IMG/VR virus record: IMGVR_UViG_2734482585_000002
Length of the DNA: 19,751 nt
Direction: 5' to 3' (one strand)
Source of the DNA: a virus
Taxonomy: Duplodnaviria; Heunggongvirae; Uroviricota; Caudoviricetes
Both the position numbers and the translations under genes were made by a program. Under the pieces are notes generated by a model. That model ran no database searches. It had not been told where the DNA came from and was given only the letters and a program-made list of their open reading frames with translations. Shown here one piece after another: positions 1 to 10,558 of the stretch (positions within the stretch are counted from its first letter, which is position 1; every line of letters starts with the position of its first letter).

Positions 1-3000
1 CCGCTCCCCGGATCGTCATACGCTATACCGTTAAAAATAATGGGCGGAATAATAATCTGGCGGTCAAAGTTATGATCATCGCTGATGGTGACTGTAACCG
101 TACCGTCTGGTGTTTCCGTGTTACCCCACGTACCGACTTTTTTCGGGAAGGCTTTTGATACAGCTTTAACGAAATCCCCTCTGACCTGGGTCGCCTCCAG
201 CATGCCCTTAATCGTACAGTTCTGGTTAATCGTGACATTGTTGAGCGTTCCTGAGTTCGCATTCACACTACCACTGATATCCGCATTTTTAGCGGTCAGC
301 TTTCCGTCTGATGTCAGGGAAAATACCGGAGGACTGCCACCGCTGGTAATGGCGGGGGCTGTCAGGCGCTTCAGGAACACGTCGTTCATGAATATCTGGT
401 TGCCCTGCGCCACAAACATCGGCGTTTCATTCCCGTTTGCCGGGTCAATAAACGCGATACGATTGGCGGCAACCAGAAACTGGCTCAGCTTGCCTTCCTC
501 CGTGTCCTCCATGCTGAGGCCAATACCCGCGACATAATGTTTGCCGTCTTTGGTCTGCTCAATTTTGACGCCCCACATCGCATTCCATTTATCGTTAGCG
601 TCCTTCCACTCTTTCGAAAACTCATCCAGTCTGCTGGCGTTATCCTCCGTCAGATCAACTTTTTCCAGCAGCTCTTTACCGAGATGGGATTCGGTTATCT
701 TGCCTTTGAAAAAATCCAGGTAACCTTCCGCATCATCGCTCGCCCGACCGACGGCCTCCACGAATGCCGATTTGCCAACGGTGTTCACACTGCGGATATA
801 AAAGTAATAATCATGGCCCGGTTTGATATTGATACTGGCGGCTATCCAGTACAGCCCCGCGCCAAGGTAGCGGGCTGTGGTTTCAACCTGCCTGATATCG
901 GTAATCCGCGTTTCCGAGAACCAGAACTCAAACTGTACCGTCGGATCATAAACCGCAAGATGCGGCGTGGCAGTTATCTGAAAATAGCCCGGCGTCAGCT
1001 CAATCCGCGACGGTGCTACCGGTGCGGCAATCCTGAACGATACCGACGCCGGATCGCCCTGCTGTCCCCAGGCATTTACCGCCCGGACTGTCAGCGTGTA
1101 CCGTCCCAGCGCCAGTTGCGTGAAGCGGTATGTGGTTTCCGTCGTCCGGGCCGTGCTGACCAGNNNNNNNNNNNNNNNNNNNNNNNNNNNNNNNNNNNNN
1201 NNNNNNNNNNNNNNNNNNNNNNNNNNNNNNNNNNNNNNNNNNNNNNNNNNNNNNNNNNNNNNNNNNNNNNNNNNNNNNNNNNNNNNNNNNNNNNNNNNNN
1301 NNNNNNNNNNNNNNNNNNNNNNNNNNNNNNNNNNNNNNNNNNNNNNNNNNNNNNNNNNNNNNNNNNNNNNNNNNNNNNNNNNNNNNNNNNNNNNNNNNNN
1401 NNNNNNNNNNNNNNNNNNNNNNNNNNNNNNNNNNNNNNNNNNNGCCGTCAGGAACACGGCTCACTTTCACCTTCACGCCGTCGGTGACGGACTGAACCTC
1501 CACGCTGACCGGATTGCCACTTCCGTCAACCAGGCTTATCAGCATGGTACCGGAGGATGGCAGCGTGATTTCACGGTCGAGCGTCAGCGTCCGGGTCTGG
1601 CTGTTTACCGCCAGCACGCGCCCGCCGATGCTGATACCCGCATAGTCATCATCACAGATTTCAATGACATCGCCCGGCACATGGCGAAGCCCTTCTGCGC
1701 CCACGCTGAAGTCCACGGTCTGCGTTTCCAGCAGTTCTGTTTTAATCAGCCACAGCCCGGCGCGGTGTGCCTGCCCCCGGCTGGTACAGCCAAAAGCATC
1801 CATCTTCGTGACGTTACGACCGTAACGGGCAATGGCCTGCGTATCCTCCACAAGCTCTGTCGCCGTCTCCCAGCCGTTATCCGGGTCAATCCAGTTCACC
1901 TCAACGGCATTATGGCGGTCTTTCAGGGCGCTGAAGCTGTAGCGGAACGGCGCGCCATCATCCGGCATCACCACATTACTGCGGTTATAGGTCCACACCT
2001 TATCCGACGGTCGGTCCTGCACGAACGTCAGCGTCTGCCCGTTCCATACCGGCATACAGCGCATCGCCGAGCAGAAATCACTGAGCACATCCCACGCCTT
2101 GCGCTGTGTGGTCAGGTACGCATTACAGGTGATGCGCGGCTCCGTGCCGCCAAAGCCGTCCGGCACTGACTGGTCGCAGTACTGGCCGATGACATACAGC
2201 GCCCATTTGTCCACATCCGCCGCACCAAGACGTTTCCCCATGCCGTAGCGCGGGTGGGTCAGCATATCCCACAGACACCAGGCCATGTTGTTGCTGTATG
2301 CTGGTTTTAACGTTCCGTCCCAGATACCGCTGTATTGTCGCGTCTGCGGGTTATAGTTCGACGGCACCTGCAGAATGCGCCCGCGAAGATGATAATTACG
2401 ACTCACCTGCTGGCTGCCGAACTGCTCCGAGTCCACCTGTACGCCGACCAGTGCAGTGTTCGGGTAGCACTGTTTCACATCGATGATTTCGGTGTATGAC
2501 GACCAGAGCGTTTTGTTCTGCAGCTGGTCTGTGGTGCTGTCCGGTGTCATCCTGCGCATCCGGATACTGAACGGGCGCGGAGGCAGGTTATCCACCACCA
2601 CCGAGACCAGATACTGCGAGGTGGTTTTGCCCTTAATGGTGATGTCTTTTTCCGTCACCCAGCCACCGTTACGCTGTATCTGAACCAGCAGGCGGACTTC
2701 CGACGGATTCCTGTCTCCCTTTGAGGTGGTTTCCACCAGTGCCTGTACACCGAAGGTAAAGCGCAGACGGTCGATGTTTGCCGACGTGATGGTCCGGGTG
2801 ATCGGCGTGTCATATTTCACTTCCGTACCCAGCACCGTCTCGGAGCCGGAGGATTCAAACCCCTCCGGCGGTGACTGCTCCTGCTCACCTGCCCGGAACA
2901 CCACCGTGACGCCGGAGATGTTGGTATTCCCCTCACTGTCCAGCACCGGCGTACTGTTCAGCAGCACGCTTTTTAATCCATCCACCGGACCTTCAACCGG

Positions 3001-3099
3001 CCCTTCGCTGATGGCATCGATCACACTCAGCAGCTGCGTGGACTTCAGGTTGTCCTTCGCTTCGCGCGGGGTATGCCCCTTACTGCTGCCTTTACCCAT
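1..3099 (-). CDS. J: Tail tip / host specificity protein J, N-terminal ~1030 codons; 3' end lies beyond the window start; interrupted by an N-run
   Basis: ORF 1000..3099 begins [34 protein letters not shown], matching lambda gpJ as I recall it. My manual translation of the minus strand below the gap (1..1163) continues in J-like sequence ([20 protein letters not shown]...) to the window edge. ATG at 3097-3099. Confidence 0.95.
1164..1443. other. Assembly gap (280 N) inside J
   Basis: Run of n characters; J reading frame resumes on both sides. Confidence 0.99.
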
Positions 3100-3159
3100 T
3101 CGTCATGCTCCATAAACGATAAAACCGCCCGGAGGCGATTTCACATAAAACATTTTGCA

Positions 3160-3831
3160 TCAGCGACCAATCACCACAACCTGACCACCGTCCCCTTCGT
3201 CTGCCGTGCTGATCTCCTGAGATACCACACGTGACCCCACGCGCATTTCACCATACAGAACAGGCATAACATTGCCCTGGGCAACCATGTTATCCAGTGA
3301 GGAGAAATAGGTGTTCTGCTTACCGTTATCCGTTGTCTGTGTGCGGGGAGTTCTGGCTTTCGGTGCCAGCATCTGAGCCACACCGCCGAGCACCATACTG
3401 GCACCGAGAGAAAACAGAATGCCGGTCATACCACCGGCACCAATGGCAGCCCCCCATGCTGCAAGGGTGGCTCCGGCGGTAAAGAATGATCCGGCAATGG
3501 CGGCTGCTCCCAGGACAATCTGGAATACACCACCTGACTTGGCCCCGGCGACTCTGGGAACAATATGAATCACAGCGCCGTCAGGCAGAGCCTCATGTAA
3601 CTGTGCCGTTAATCCGGACGTGCTAACATCCTGCCCGGCAATACGCACCTGATACCAGCCGTCGCTCAGCTTCTGACGAAACGCAGGGAGCTGTGTGGCC
3701 ATCGCCCGGATGGCTTCGGCACCCGTTTTCACACGAAGGTCGATGCGGCGGCCAAATCGTTGCAAATCCCCGTAAAGGCAGATGCGTGCCATGCCCGGTG
3801 ACGCCAGAGGGAGTGTGTGCGTCGCTGCCAT
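3160..3831 (-). CDS. I: Tail assembly protein I
   Basis: 223 aa ORF, MAATHTLPLASPGMARICLYGDLQRFGRRIDL..., same length as lambda gpI; overlaps K by 103 nt as in lambda. Confidence 0.95.
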   Translation of the reverse strand: MAATHTLPLASPGMARICLYGDLQRFGRRIDLRVKTGAEAIRAMATQLPAFRQKLSDGWYQVRIAGQDVSTSGLTAQLHEALPDGAVIHIVPRVAGAKSGGVFQIVLGAAAIAGSFFTAGATLAAWGAAIGAGGMTGILFSLGASMVLGGVAQMLAPKARTPRTQTTDNGKQNTYFSSLDNMVAQGNVMPVLYGEMRVGSRVVSQEISTADEGDGGQVVVIGR

Positions 3832-4391
3832 TTGTCGGTATACCTCTCTCGTTTGCTCAGTTGTTCAGGAATATGGTGCAGCAGCTCGCCGTCACCACAG
3901 TAAATGGCGGCATGATTCGGCACCGATGAACCAAAACAGCACAGCAGCACATCGCCCGGCTGCGCCGCTGACAACGGCACCTGATACAGCCCTGTGGCCT
4001 CCAGATTATCCAGATAGAGATTCTGACCGTGACGCCACCAGTCATCCTCACGATGAAAATCCGGCATCTCAATCCCCGCCAGATGGTAAGCATCCCGGAA
4101 CAGCGTGTAACAGTCCGTCACCCCGTGCTCAAAGCGCCGCCCGGTAAGATGTGGCACACAGCGGAACTTGTGAATCGCCCCCCGGCAGACCAGCCACCAC
4201 GGCAAATCACTCTGCACCTGCAGCCGCCGGTCGGCCTCACTCAGCCAGGGCAGACCACCGTCCGGCTCACCGGAGATATTCACGCAGGGGAAATATCTTT
4301 CCCCCTCCGGCGTTCTTACCACGAAGCCGCACGACTCCGCTGGAGCACATCGCCGGGCGTGCGCCAGAATCGCTGATTCTGTCTCTGTCAT
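3729..4391 (-). CDS. K: Tail tip assembly protein K (MPN/JAMM-like N-terminal region plus NlpC/P60-like C-terminal region); 220 aa, about 27 aa shorter than the full-length lambda frame
   Basis: ORF MTETESAILAHARRCAPAESCGFVV...; C-terminal 175 aa collinear with lambda gpK as recalled; starts 5 nt after the L stop; ATG at 4389-4391. Confidence 0.9.
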   Translation of the reverse strand: MTETESAILAHARRCAPAESCGFVVRTPEGERYFPCVNISGEPDGGLPWLSEADRRLQVQSDLPWWLVCRGAIHKFRCVPHLTGRRFEHGVTDCYTLFRDAYHLAGIEMPDFHREDDWWRHGQNLYLDNLEATGLYQVPLSAAQPGDVLLCCFGSSVPNHAAIYCGDGELLHHIPEQLSKRERYTDKWQRRTHSLWRHRAWHASAFTGICNDLAAASTFV

Positions 4392-4396
4392 GGGAT

Positions 4397-5095
4397 TTAC
4401 TGCGAAAGTTTGTTAATGGAAAGGAAGCCGCCAAAGTTGCCGACGTTATTGCGAAACTTACAGCCACTCAGGCATTTGCTGCATTTATCCTTCGTGATGT
4501 CGGACGTTGGCTGGTCATATTCATCCGCGACCGCCGGACCGTGATAACCGCACTCATCGCCGCGATAGGTCCAGGTGCAGGTGTTGGCCAGCATGATACG
4601 TCCCGGAAAAACAGCGCCATCTGTTTCCGTCGGCGTGGACAGTACAAAAGAGGCACTCACCGCGCTCAGTTCGCTGCACTGCTCAATGCGCCAGCGGCTG
4701 ATCACCTCCTGCTCCGGATCGGCGTCACTGTTTCCGTTGACGAAGTTCACCGCATCCAGAAAACGGGCGTAAACCTTACGCCGGACCACCGTTCCGCCGA
4801 CCAGACTCTGTAGATCTTCCGCCATCCCGGTGACCATACCGTACAGGTTAGAAACCATCAGCGTGGGGCGCGTACTGGTGCCTTTGCCATTCAGTTCAAA
4901 ACCACTCCCCTGAATGGGATACGGCTGATACTGTCGCCCCTGCCAGGTGACCGGCTCACCTTTTTCGTTCTGCTCATTACAGAAAAAATAACGTTCTCCA
5001 CCGACCTCTGTCAGATCGATTTCCCAGAGCACCACGCTGGCCGACTGCTCCGCACGGGTGCATTCATTCAGTGTTTCCTGCCGGATATCCTGCAT
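4397..5095 (-). CDS. L: Minor tail protein L
   Basis: 232 aa ORF MQDIRQETLNECTRAEQSASVVLWEIDLTEVGGERYFFC..., lambda gpL length and sequence; C-terminal Cys cluster. Confidence 0.95.
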   Translation of the reverse strand: MQDIRQETLNECTRAEQSASVVLWEIDLTEVGGERYFFCNEQNEKGEPVTWQGRQYQPYPIQGSGFELNGKGTSTRPTLMVSNLYGMVTGMAEDLQSLVGGTVVRRKVYARFLDAVNFVNGNSDADPEQEVISRWRIEQCSELSAVSASFVLSTPTETDGAVFPGRIMLANTCTWTYRGDECGYHGPAVADEYDQPTSDITKDKCSKCLSGCKFRNNVGNFGGFLSINKLSQ

Positions 5096-5424
5096 CAGTT
5101 CACCACCTGTTCAAACTCTGCGCTGAACTCAACACGCAGCATACTGACCCGCGACGACCATTTTGCGCAGGTCACCTTTATCTGCCGCCACTCATAAGGC
5201 GGCGTCCACAGAAAGGCTTTCCAGCCCCCGTGCTCTTCCAGAAACGACTCCAGTACCATGGCCTCCTCACGGGGGACAGAAAGCGTCACGCTGTACGTTT
5301 TCAGGTTGGCATTCAGCCCGGCAGGCGCTCGCTGGGAATAGCCATCACCAAAGCGCACCTTTCTTACAGAAGGGGCCGAAGCCACATCCATACCGGGTTT
5401 CACTTTCCAGCGGAAGGTTTTCAT
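5095..5424 (-). CDS. M: Minor tail protein M
   Basis: 109 aa ORF MKTFRWKVKPGMDVASAPSVRKVRFGDGYSQRAP...; overlaps L start by 1 nt and H start by 4 nt. Confidence 0.95.
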   Translation of the reverse strand: MKTFRWKVKPGMDVASAPSVRKVRFGDGYSQRAPAGLNANLKTYSVTLSVPREEAMVLESFLEEHGGWKAFLWTPPYEWRQIKVTCAKWSSRVSMLRVEFSAEFEQVVN

Positions 5425-7982
5425 CGTCCACCTCCGGAGAACAGGCCACCATCACGCATCTGTGTCTGAATTTCATCACGGGCACCCTTGCGGGCCATGT
5501 CATACACGGCCTTCATCATCTGTGGACCTGGCAGACCATTCGTACCGTCGTTCTGAATCACCACGTGATTGTTCTGATTAAAATTAATGCCTTCAGCCCG
5601 CCGCATCTGCGCCGGACTTCCGGCACCGCCCACATAACCACCTTCCGCATAGCCGCGCATCAGCCGGTAGAGATTCCCCACGCCAATCCGGCTGGTTGCC
5701 TCCTTCGTGAAGACAAATTCACCACGGTGAACAATCCCCGCTGGCTCATATTTGCCGCCGGTTCCCGTAAATCCCCCGGTTGCAAAATGGAATTTCACCG
5801 CAGCGGCCTGAATGGCTGTACCACCTGACGCGGATGCGCCGCCACCAACAGCCCCGCCAATGGCGCTGCCGATACTCCCGACAATCCCCACCATTGCCTG
5901 CTTAAGCAGAATTTCTGTCATCATGGACAGCACGGAGCGGGTGAAGCTGCGCCAGTTCTGTTCACTGCCGGTCAGCATCGCCGCCATATTCTGTGCAATA
6001 CCATCAAAGGTCTGCGTGGCTGCACTTTTAACCTGTGACATACTGTCCGTGGCGCTCTCTTCCCACTCACTCCAGCCGGACTTCAGGCCTGCCATCCAGC
6101 TCCCGCGAAGCTGGTCTTCAGCCGCCCAGGTCTTTTTCTGCTCTGACATGACGTTATTCAGCGCCAGAGGATTATCGCCATACTGTTCCTTCAGGCGCTG
6201 TTCCGTGGCTTCCCGCGCTGCCTGCCGGTCAGTCAGCCCCCGGTTTTTCGCATCAATGGCTGCCCGTTTTGCCCGTTGCTGCTGTGCGAATTTATCCGCC
6301 TGCTGCGCCAGCGCATTCAGGTGCTCCTGATACGTAACCTTGTCACCAAGTGCAGCCAGCTGGCGTTTGTACTCCAGCGTCTCGTCTTTATGCGCCAGCA
6401 GGGATTTCTCCTGTGCGGACAGCTGGCGACGTTGTGCCGCCTCCTCCAGTACCGCGAACTGACTTTCTGCCTTCCACAAATCCCGGCGCTGCTGGCTGAT
6501 TTTCTCATTCGCTCCGGCATGCTTCTCCAGCGTCCGGAGTTCTGCCTGAAGCGTCAGCAGGGCCGCATGAGCACTGTCTTCCTGACGATCGCCCGCATAC
6601 ACCTTCACGCCGGACTGTTTCGGCTTTTTCAGCGTCGCTTCATAATCCTTTTTCGCCGCCGCCATCAGCGTGTTGTAATCTGCCTGCAGGATTTTTCCGT
6701 CTTTCAGTGCCTTGTTCAGTTCTTCCTGACGGGCGGTATATTTCTCCAGCGGCGTCTGCAGCCGTTCGTAAGCCTTCTGCGCCTCTTCGGTATATTTCAG
6801 CCGTGACGCTTCGGTATCGCTCTGCTGCTGCGCATTTTTGTCCTGTTGACGCTGTTGATCTACCCTCTTTTGGGCTGCATCCCGCTCCAGGCGTTTTTTT
6901 TCACGATCATCCCAGTAACGCGCCCGTGCTTCATCGTTAACGAAATAATCATCCTTGCGCAGATTCCAGATGTCGTCTGCTTTCTTAAACGCAGCCTCTG
7001 CCTTAATCAGCATCTCCTGCGCGGTATCAGGACGACCAATATCCAGCACCGCATCCCACATGGATTTGAATGCACGTGCAGTCCTGTCTGCCCAGGTCTC
7101 CAGCGTGCCCATGTTCTCTTTCAGGCGGCGGGTCTGGTCATCAAACCCTTTCGTTGCGGCCTCGTTCGCCGCCTGCAATGCCCCGGCTTCATCGCCGGAA
7201 CGCTGCAACTGAGCAACATACGCAATCTGCTCCGCCGTCACGTTATGGAACTGGCGTGCCATCGCCGTCAGCCCCGACGTCGGGTCTGTGGTCAGCTTCC
7301 CGAAGGCTTCAGCGACCTTGTCCACCTCCACGCCGGATGCATAGGAGAAACGCGCCACACTCTGGCTGATGGACGCAATCTGAGCCTCACCGCTTACCCC
7401 CGCCTTAACCAGTGCGCTGAGTGACTCGCTGGTCTGGTTAAACGTCAGCCCTGCCGCCTGCCCGGCTCTGGACAGGACCAGCATACGATCTGCCGTCAGT
7501 CCCGCCTGATTACCGGAAAGGACCAGCGTTTTGTTGAAATCGGACAGGGTTGAGTTGCCCTGATACCAGGCATACGCCAGCGCACCGGTCGCCACCGCCA
7601 GCGAGGTGGCCCCCACCATCGGCAGGGTGATCGCGCCGGCAAGCCCCCTGAACATGGGGATCATCCCGCCGAAGGAGTCCTTAACCTGACCACCCTGTTG
7701 CAGCAGGATCAGCCAGGGATTCTGCCCCCCTGCAAGCTGCGTGGCCACGTCGGTGAACTGTGCAGGCAGCATACGCATGGCGGCTTTATACTGCCCGACG
7801 GAAATCCCCGCTTTCTGTGCAGCCAGCGCCTGTCGGCTCAGCGACTGTTCAACGACTGCCGCTGTTTTTTTCGCATCACTTTCCGTACCGGAAAAATGAC
7901 GCCTGACTCTGGCCATCTGCTCGTCAAATCTGGCCGCATCCAGACTCAAATCAACGACCAGATCGCCTACCGGTTCAGCCAT
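5421..7982 (-). CDS. H: Tail tape measure protein H
   Basis: 853 aa ORF MAEPVGDLVVDLSLDAARFDEQMARVRRHF..., coiled-coil middle and Gly-rich C-terminus; same length as lambda gpH; GGAGGAG RBS upstream of the ATG at 7980-7982. Confidence 0.96.
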   Translation of the reverse strand: MAEPVGDLVVDLSLDAARFDEQMARVRRHFSGTESDAKKTAAVVEQSLSRQALAAQKAGISVGQYKAAMRMLPAQFTDVATQLAGGQNPWLILLQQGGQVKDSFGGMIPMFRGLAGAITLPMVGATSLAVATGALAYAWYQGNSTLSDFNKTLVLSGNQAGLTADRMLVLSRAGQAAGLTFNQTSESLSALVKAGVSGEAQIASISQSVARFSYASGVEVDKVAEAFGKLTTDPTSGLTAMARQFHNVTAEQIAYVAQLQRSGDEAGALQAANEAATKGFDDQTRRLKENMGTLETWADRTARAFKSMWDAVLDIGRPDTAQEMLIKAEAAFKKADDIWNLRKDDYFVNDEARARYWDDREKKRLERDAAQKRVDQQRQQDKNAQQQSDTEASRLKYTEEAQKAYERLQTPLEKYTARQEELNKALKDGKILQADYNTLMAAAKKDYEATLKKPKQSGVKVYAGDRQEDSAHAALLTLQAELRTLEKHAGANEKISQQRRDLWKAESQFAVLEEAAQRRQLSAQEKSLLAHKDETLEYKRQLAALGDKVTYQEHLNALAQQADKFAQQQRAKRAAIDAKNRGLTDRQAAREATEQRLKEQYGDNPLALNNVMSEQKKTWAAEDQLRGSWMAGLKSGWSEWEESATDSMSQVKSAATQTFDGIAQNMAAMLTGSEQNWRSFTRSVLSMMTEILLKQAMVGIVGSIGSAIGGAVGGGASASGGTAIQAAAVKFHFATGGFTGTGGKYEPAGIVHRGEFVFTKEATSRIGVGNLYRLMRGYAEGGYVGGAGSPAQMRRAEGINFNQNNHVVIQNDGTNGLPGPQMMKAVYDMARKGARDEIQTQMRDGGLFSGGGR

Positions 7983-8813
7983 ACCGGACTCCTCCTGCGA
8001 TCCCTTCTGATACTGTCATCAGCATTACGTCATCCTCCGTCATGTCCGCCACATCCGGGGAAGCGGGGATAACTTCATTCCCGTCCGGGCCAAAGCGGAC
8101 ACCTCCGGCAAGCCCTGCCGCTTTCTGCATCAGCACATCATCTTCAGGCTCTTCGTCAGCCTCGCGCCGGTTCAGCAGACTGAAATCCAGCGGATGCATC
8201 TCCGGATCGCTGAAAAACAGGCTGAGCACGGTGTACGTCAGCCCGGAAAAGTGCATATCCAGCAGAACATCATGAAAATAATGGGTACTGTAAAAGCGGT
8301 GCCAGTCGGCATACTCCGTGGATGACATCCCGGCAAGCATGGCGCGCCAGTCGGGTCGCCCCATCTCACGCGCCAGTTTCAGGGCAAAACTCAGCTCACC
8401 GTCGAACACTTTCCCGCAGAAACAGGCTCTGCAGGCCCGGCGTCCTCTGCCTGTTCAGGAGCATCATTCACCACAAACTCATACATACCGGACAGCCGGT
8501 ACACCACGTTTTCAGCATGAGAAATTGCCTCTGTGGGCCAGGTGGTAAGCACTTCCTGCTCAATCTGTTTAACGGCTTCATTCATGGACGGCATCTGCGT
8601 CTTCTTCGGATGGTTATGCCACAGGGACATCGCAACCACAAAAGCGCCGGTTCTGATGGCGTCTTCCACAGTAAACTTCCGGTTGCTGTCTGACTCCGCC
8701 TGTTCTGCCTGCCGTTTCATCAGGTCGAGATGCTCAATACGCTGCAGGGCTGACAGTTCAGAAAGCGTGACGGTCACACCGTTATGTTCAAATGATTCGG
8801 TTTTCAGGAACAT
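7975..8813 (-). CDS. T: Tail assembly chaperone G-T fusion made by a programmed -1 frameshift at 8409-8415; the T-frame part ends at 7975
   Basis: The -1 frame downstream of the slippery site encodes ...YGVRVGAIGESVTMLMVDDETMDAVDPSA...-like lambda T sequence (ORF 7975..8409); its stop overlaps the H start by 8 nt as in lambda. Confidence 0.88.
8391..8813 (-). CDS. G: Tail assembly chaperone G
   Basis: 140 aa ORF MFLKTESFEHNGVTVTLSELSALQRIEHL... ending ...VSAGKCSTVS. Confidence 0.95.
   Translation of the reverse strand: MFLKTESFEHNGVTVTLSELSALQRIEHLDLMKRQAEQAESDSNRKFTVEDAIRTGAFVVAMSLWHNHPKKTQMPSMNEAVKQIEQEVLTTWPTEAISHAENVVYRLSGMYEFVVNDAPEQAEDAGPAEPVSAGKCSTVS
8409..8415 (-). promoter_or_regulatory. 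Slippery heptamer G_GGA_AAG for the G to G-T -1 ribosomal frameshift
   Basis: Plus strand reads ctttccc (reverse complement GGGAAAG), placed on the Gly-Lys codons of ...SAGKCSTVS near the G stop. Confidence 0.85.
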
Positions 8814-8828
8814 CGCTGACTCTCCGGA

Positions 8829-9569
8829 TTAACTGGCGGTGACGTTGATTTCTGCAACCGCAGCAAACTCACCATTACCAGATACGACCGGAATGTTGAC
8901 CTTGCCTGCAGCAACACCTTTCACGGTGATGGTCATACCACTGACCGACACGGTGGCTTTTGTTTTATCCGCAGACACCGCACGGAAGCTCTTGTCGGTT
9001 GCGCCATCCGGCTGGAATGCCACGGTCAGCGTGGTGCTCTGCCCTTTCACTACGGAAGCACTGGCGGGTGTCACCGTCATGCCGGTCGTCGCCGTCACCG
9101 TGCTGCGATCTTCTGCCATCGACGGACGTCCCACATTGGTGACCTTCACCGTGCGGGTAATCACCTCCTTCGCCGTCACCGCCTTACCGATACTGCTGAC
9201 CCAGCCACGGAACACATCGACCGTGCCGTTCGGGAAGCGGATTTTATAGGCACGGGTATCACCTTCATTAAACCACGCCAGCAGCGCCTGCTGCCCCTGC
9301 TCTCCGGGCATCCACGCCAGCGTGAAGCTGGTATCTCCGGCAGATTTCTGCCCCTGCCCGGTCGCAGTCCAGTCTGCATCTTCATCATCGAGATAGCTGT
9401 CGTCATAGGACTCAGCGGTCAGTTCGCCGGGCGTCAGGTCTTTAACTTTTGCCAGACGCGACCAGTCAACGTCTGAAAGCGGGTTCGCATAAGGGTCACC
9501 GCTCCCCTTATAAACCCACAGGGTGGTCCCGGCACCTTTCACCGGCATTGTAGGATTTGGTACAGGCAT
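8829..9569 (-). CDS. V: Major tail tube protein V with C-terminal Ig-like domain
   Basis: Internal start [36 protein letters not shown]... gives 246 aa, the lambda gpV length; the ORF-track start 30 nt upstream is not used. Confidence 0.94.
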   Translation of the reverse strand: MPVPNPTMPVKGAGTTLWVYKGSGDPYANPLSDVDWSRLAKVKDLTPGELTAESYDDSYLDDEDADWTATGQGQKSAGDTSFTLAWMPGEQGQQALLAWFNEGDTRAYKIRFPNGTVDVFRGWVSSIGKAVTAKEVITRTVKVTNVGRPSMAEDRSTVTATTGMTVTPASASVVKGQSTTLTVAFQPDGATDKSFRAVSADKTKATVSVSGMTITVKGVAAGKVNIPVVSGNGEFAAVAEINVTAS

Positions 9570-9576
9570 AGCGTCC

Positions 9577-9972
9577 TCACATTTCATAGATAATGACATA
9601 AGTCAGATCGGCTGAACTCCACAGGCCCGCATCATCGTCGCGCCGGTAGTCATAGCCGCTGGCCACCATACTGGTGATCAAATCTGACAGTGCCGGGATA
9701 TCGCTCATCACAGGATAAATCCGGGACTCCATCCACGAATCCAGCTCTGAATCCGGCACCTGAGCAGGCAGGAAAACTTCAATATGCAGCTCCGCCTGCC
9801 AGGTATCGCTGTCCAGCTCTTCGCCCGTGTATTCAGCGCCGGTGAGATAAACGGCAATTGCCGGAAAATCTTCCTCATCAAAAACAGCGGGGCGACCATC
9901 AAAAAGCGTCGCCCCGGTGTCATGCTTCTCCAGTGCATCCAGTACGGCTGCACGGAGTTCAGTATGTTTCAT
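9577..9972 (-). CDS. U: Tail terminator protein U
   Basis: 131 aa [40 protein letters not shown]... Confidence 0.95.
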   Translation of the reverse strand: MKHTELRAAVLDALEKHDTGATLFDGRPAVFDEEDFPAIAVYLTGAEYTGEELDSDTWQAELHIEVFLPAQVPDSELDSWMESRIYPVMSDIPALSDLITSMVASGYDYRRDDDAGLWSSADLTYVIIYEM

Positions 9973-10547
9973 CGCTTTATTACCATTCTCAGTTGATGCT
10001 GCAGCGCATAGCCCAGCTCTTTCGGAAGACGTTCACGCCGTATCCGTTCAATATTCTGTTTAAACGCCGTGGTCAGCGGCACCGCCATCGGGATTTTCAC
10101 CACATCAATGGGGTAACGGTTTTTCCCGGCCACACGCTGCATAACATGCCACCGGCCGTTTTTCAGTTGCTGAATAAACGCGCCGGGAATACGACGGTTA
10201 CCCACCACAAGCACGCTGCCGCCACCTTTCAGGGATGAACGCTGCCCCTTTTTATGACGCCTGCGGCGGGACAGGACAACCCGCGCATTACCCAGCTTGA
10301 TTACGGGCAAATCCCCCCGGTTAACTTTGATTCTGGCCTGCGGATTTTTGACCGTGGCCCTTTTCAGCCTGGCCCTTTCCTTTACCAGTTTCCGGCGTAC
10401 CTTTGTCTCACGGGCAACCTGTGACGCAGACTGCGATATCGCGGATGAAGCAACGCGGTTAATGGCCATTGCGGCGGCACCGGGCACCGCCGTTTTGCTG
10501 ATACGGCTGAGGTTTTCAACGGCCTGCTCAAGACCTTTTATGGCCAT
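9969..10547 (-). CDS. Z: Tail completion protein Z
   Basis: 192 aa ORF MAIKGLEQAVENLSRISKTAVPGAAAMAINRVASS...; 4-nt overlap with U. Confidence 0.94.
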   Translation of the reverse strand: MAIKGLEQAVENLSRISKTAVPGAAAMAINRVASSAISQSASQVARETKVRRKLVKERARLKRATVKNPQARIKVNRGDLPVIKLGNARVVLSRRRRHKKGQRSSLKGGGSVLVVGNRRIPGAFIQQLKNGRWHVMQRVAGKNRYPIDVVKIPMAVPLTTAFKQNIERIRRERLPKELGYALQHQLRMVIKR

Positions 10548-10558
10548 ACATCCCCCTT

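Noticed and set aside
1000-3099. ORF-track boundaries at 1000 and 12801 for the X-containing ORFs
   Set aside because: These ends are artefacts of reading through N-runs of arbitrary length; I placed J to the window edge and the C stop at 12787 by translating the flanks manually.
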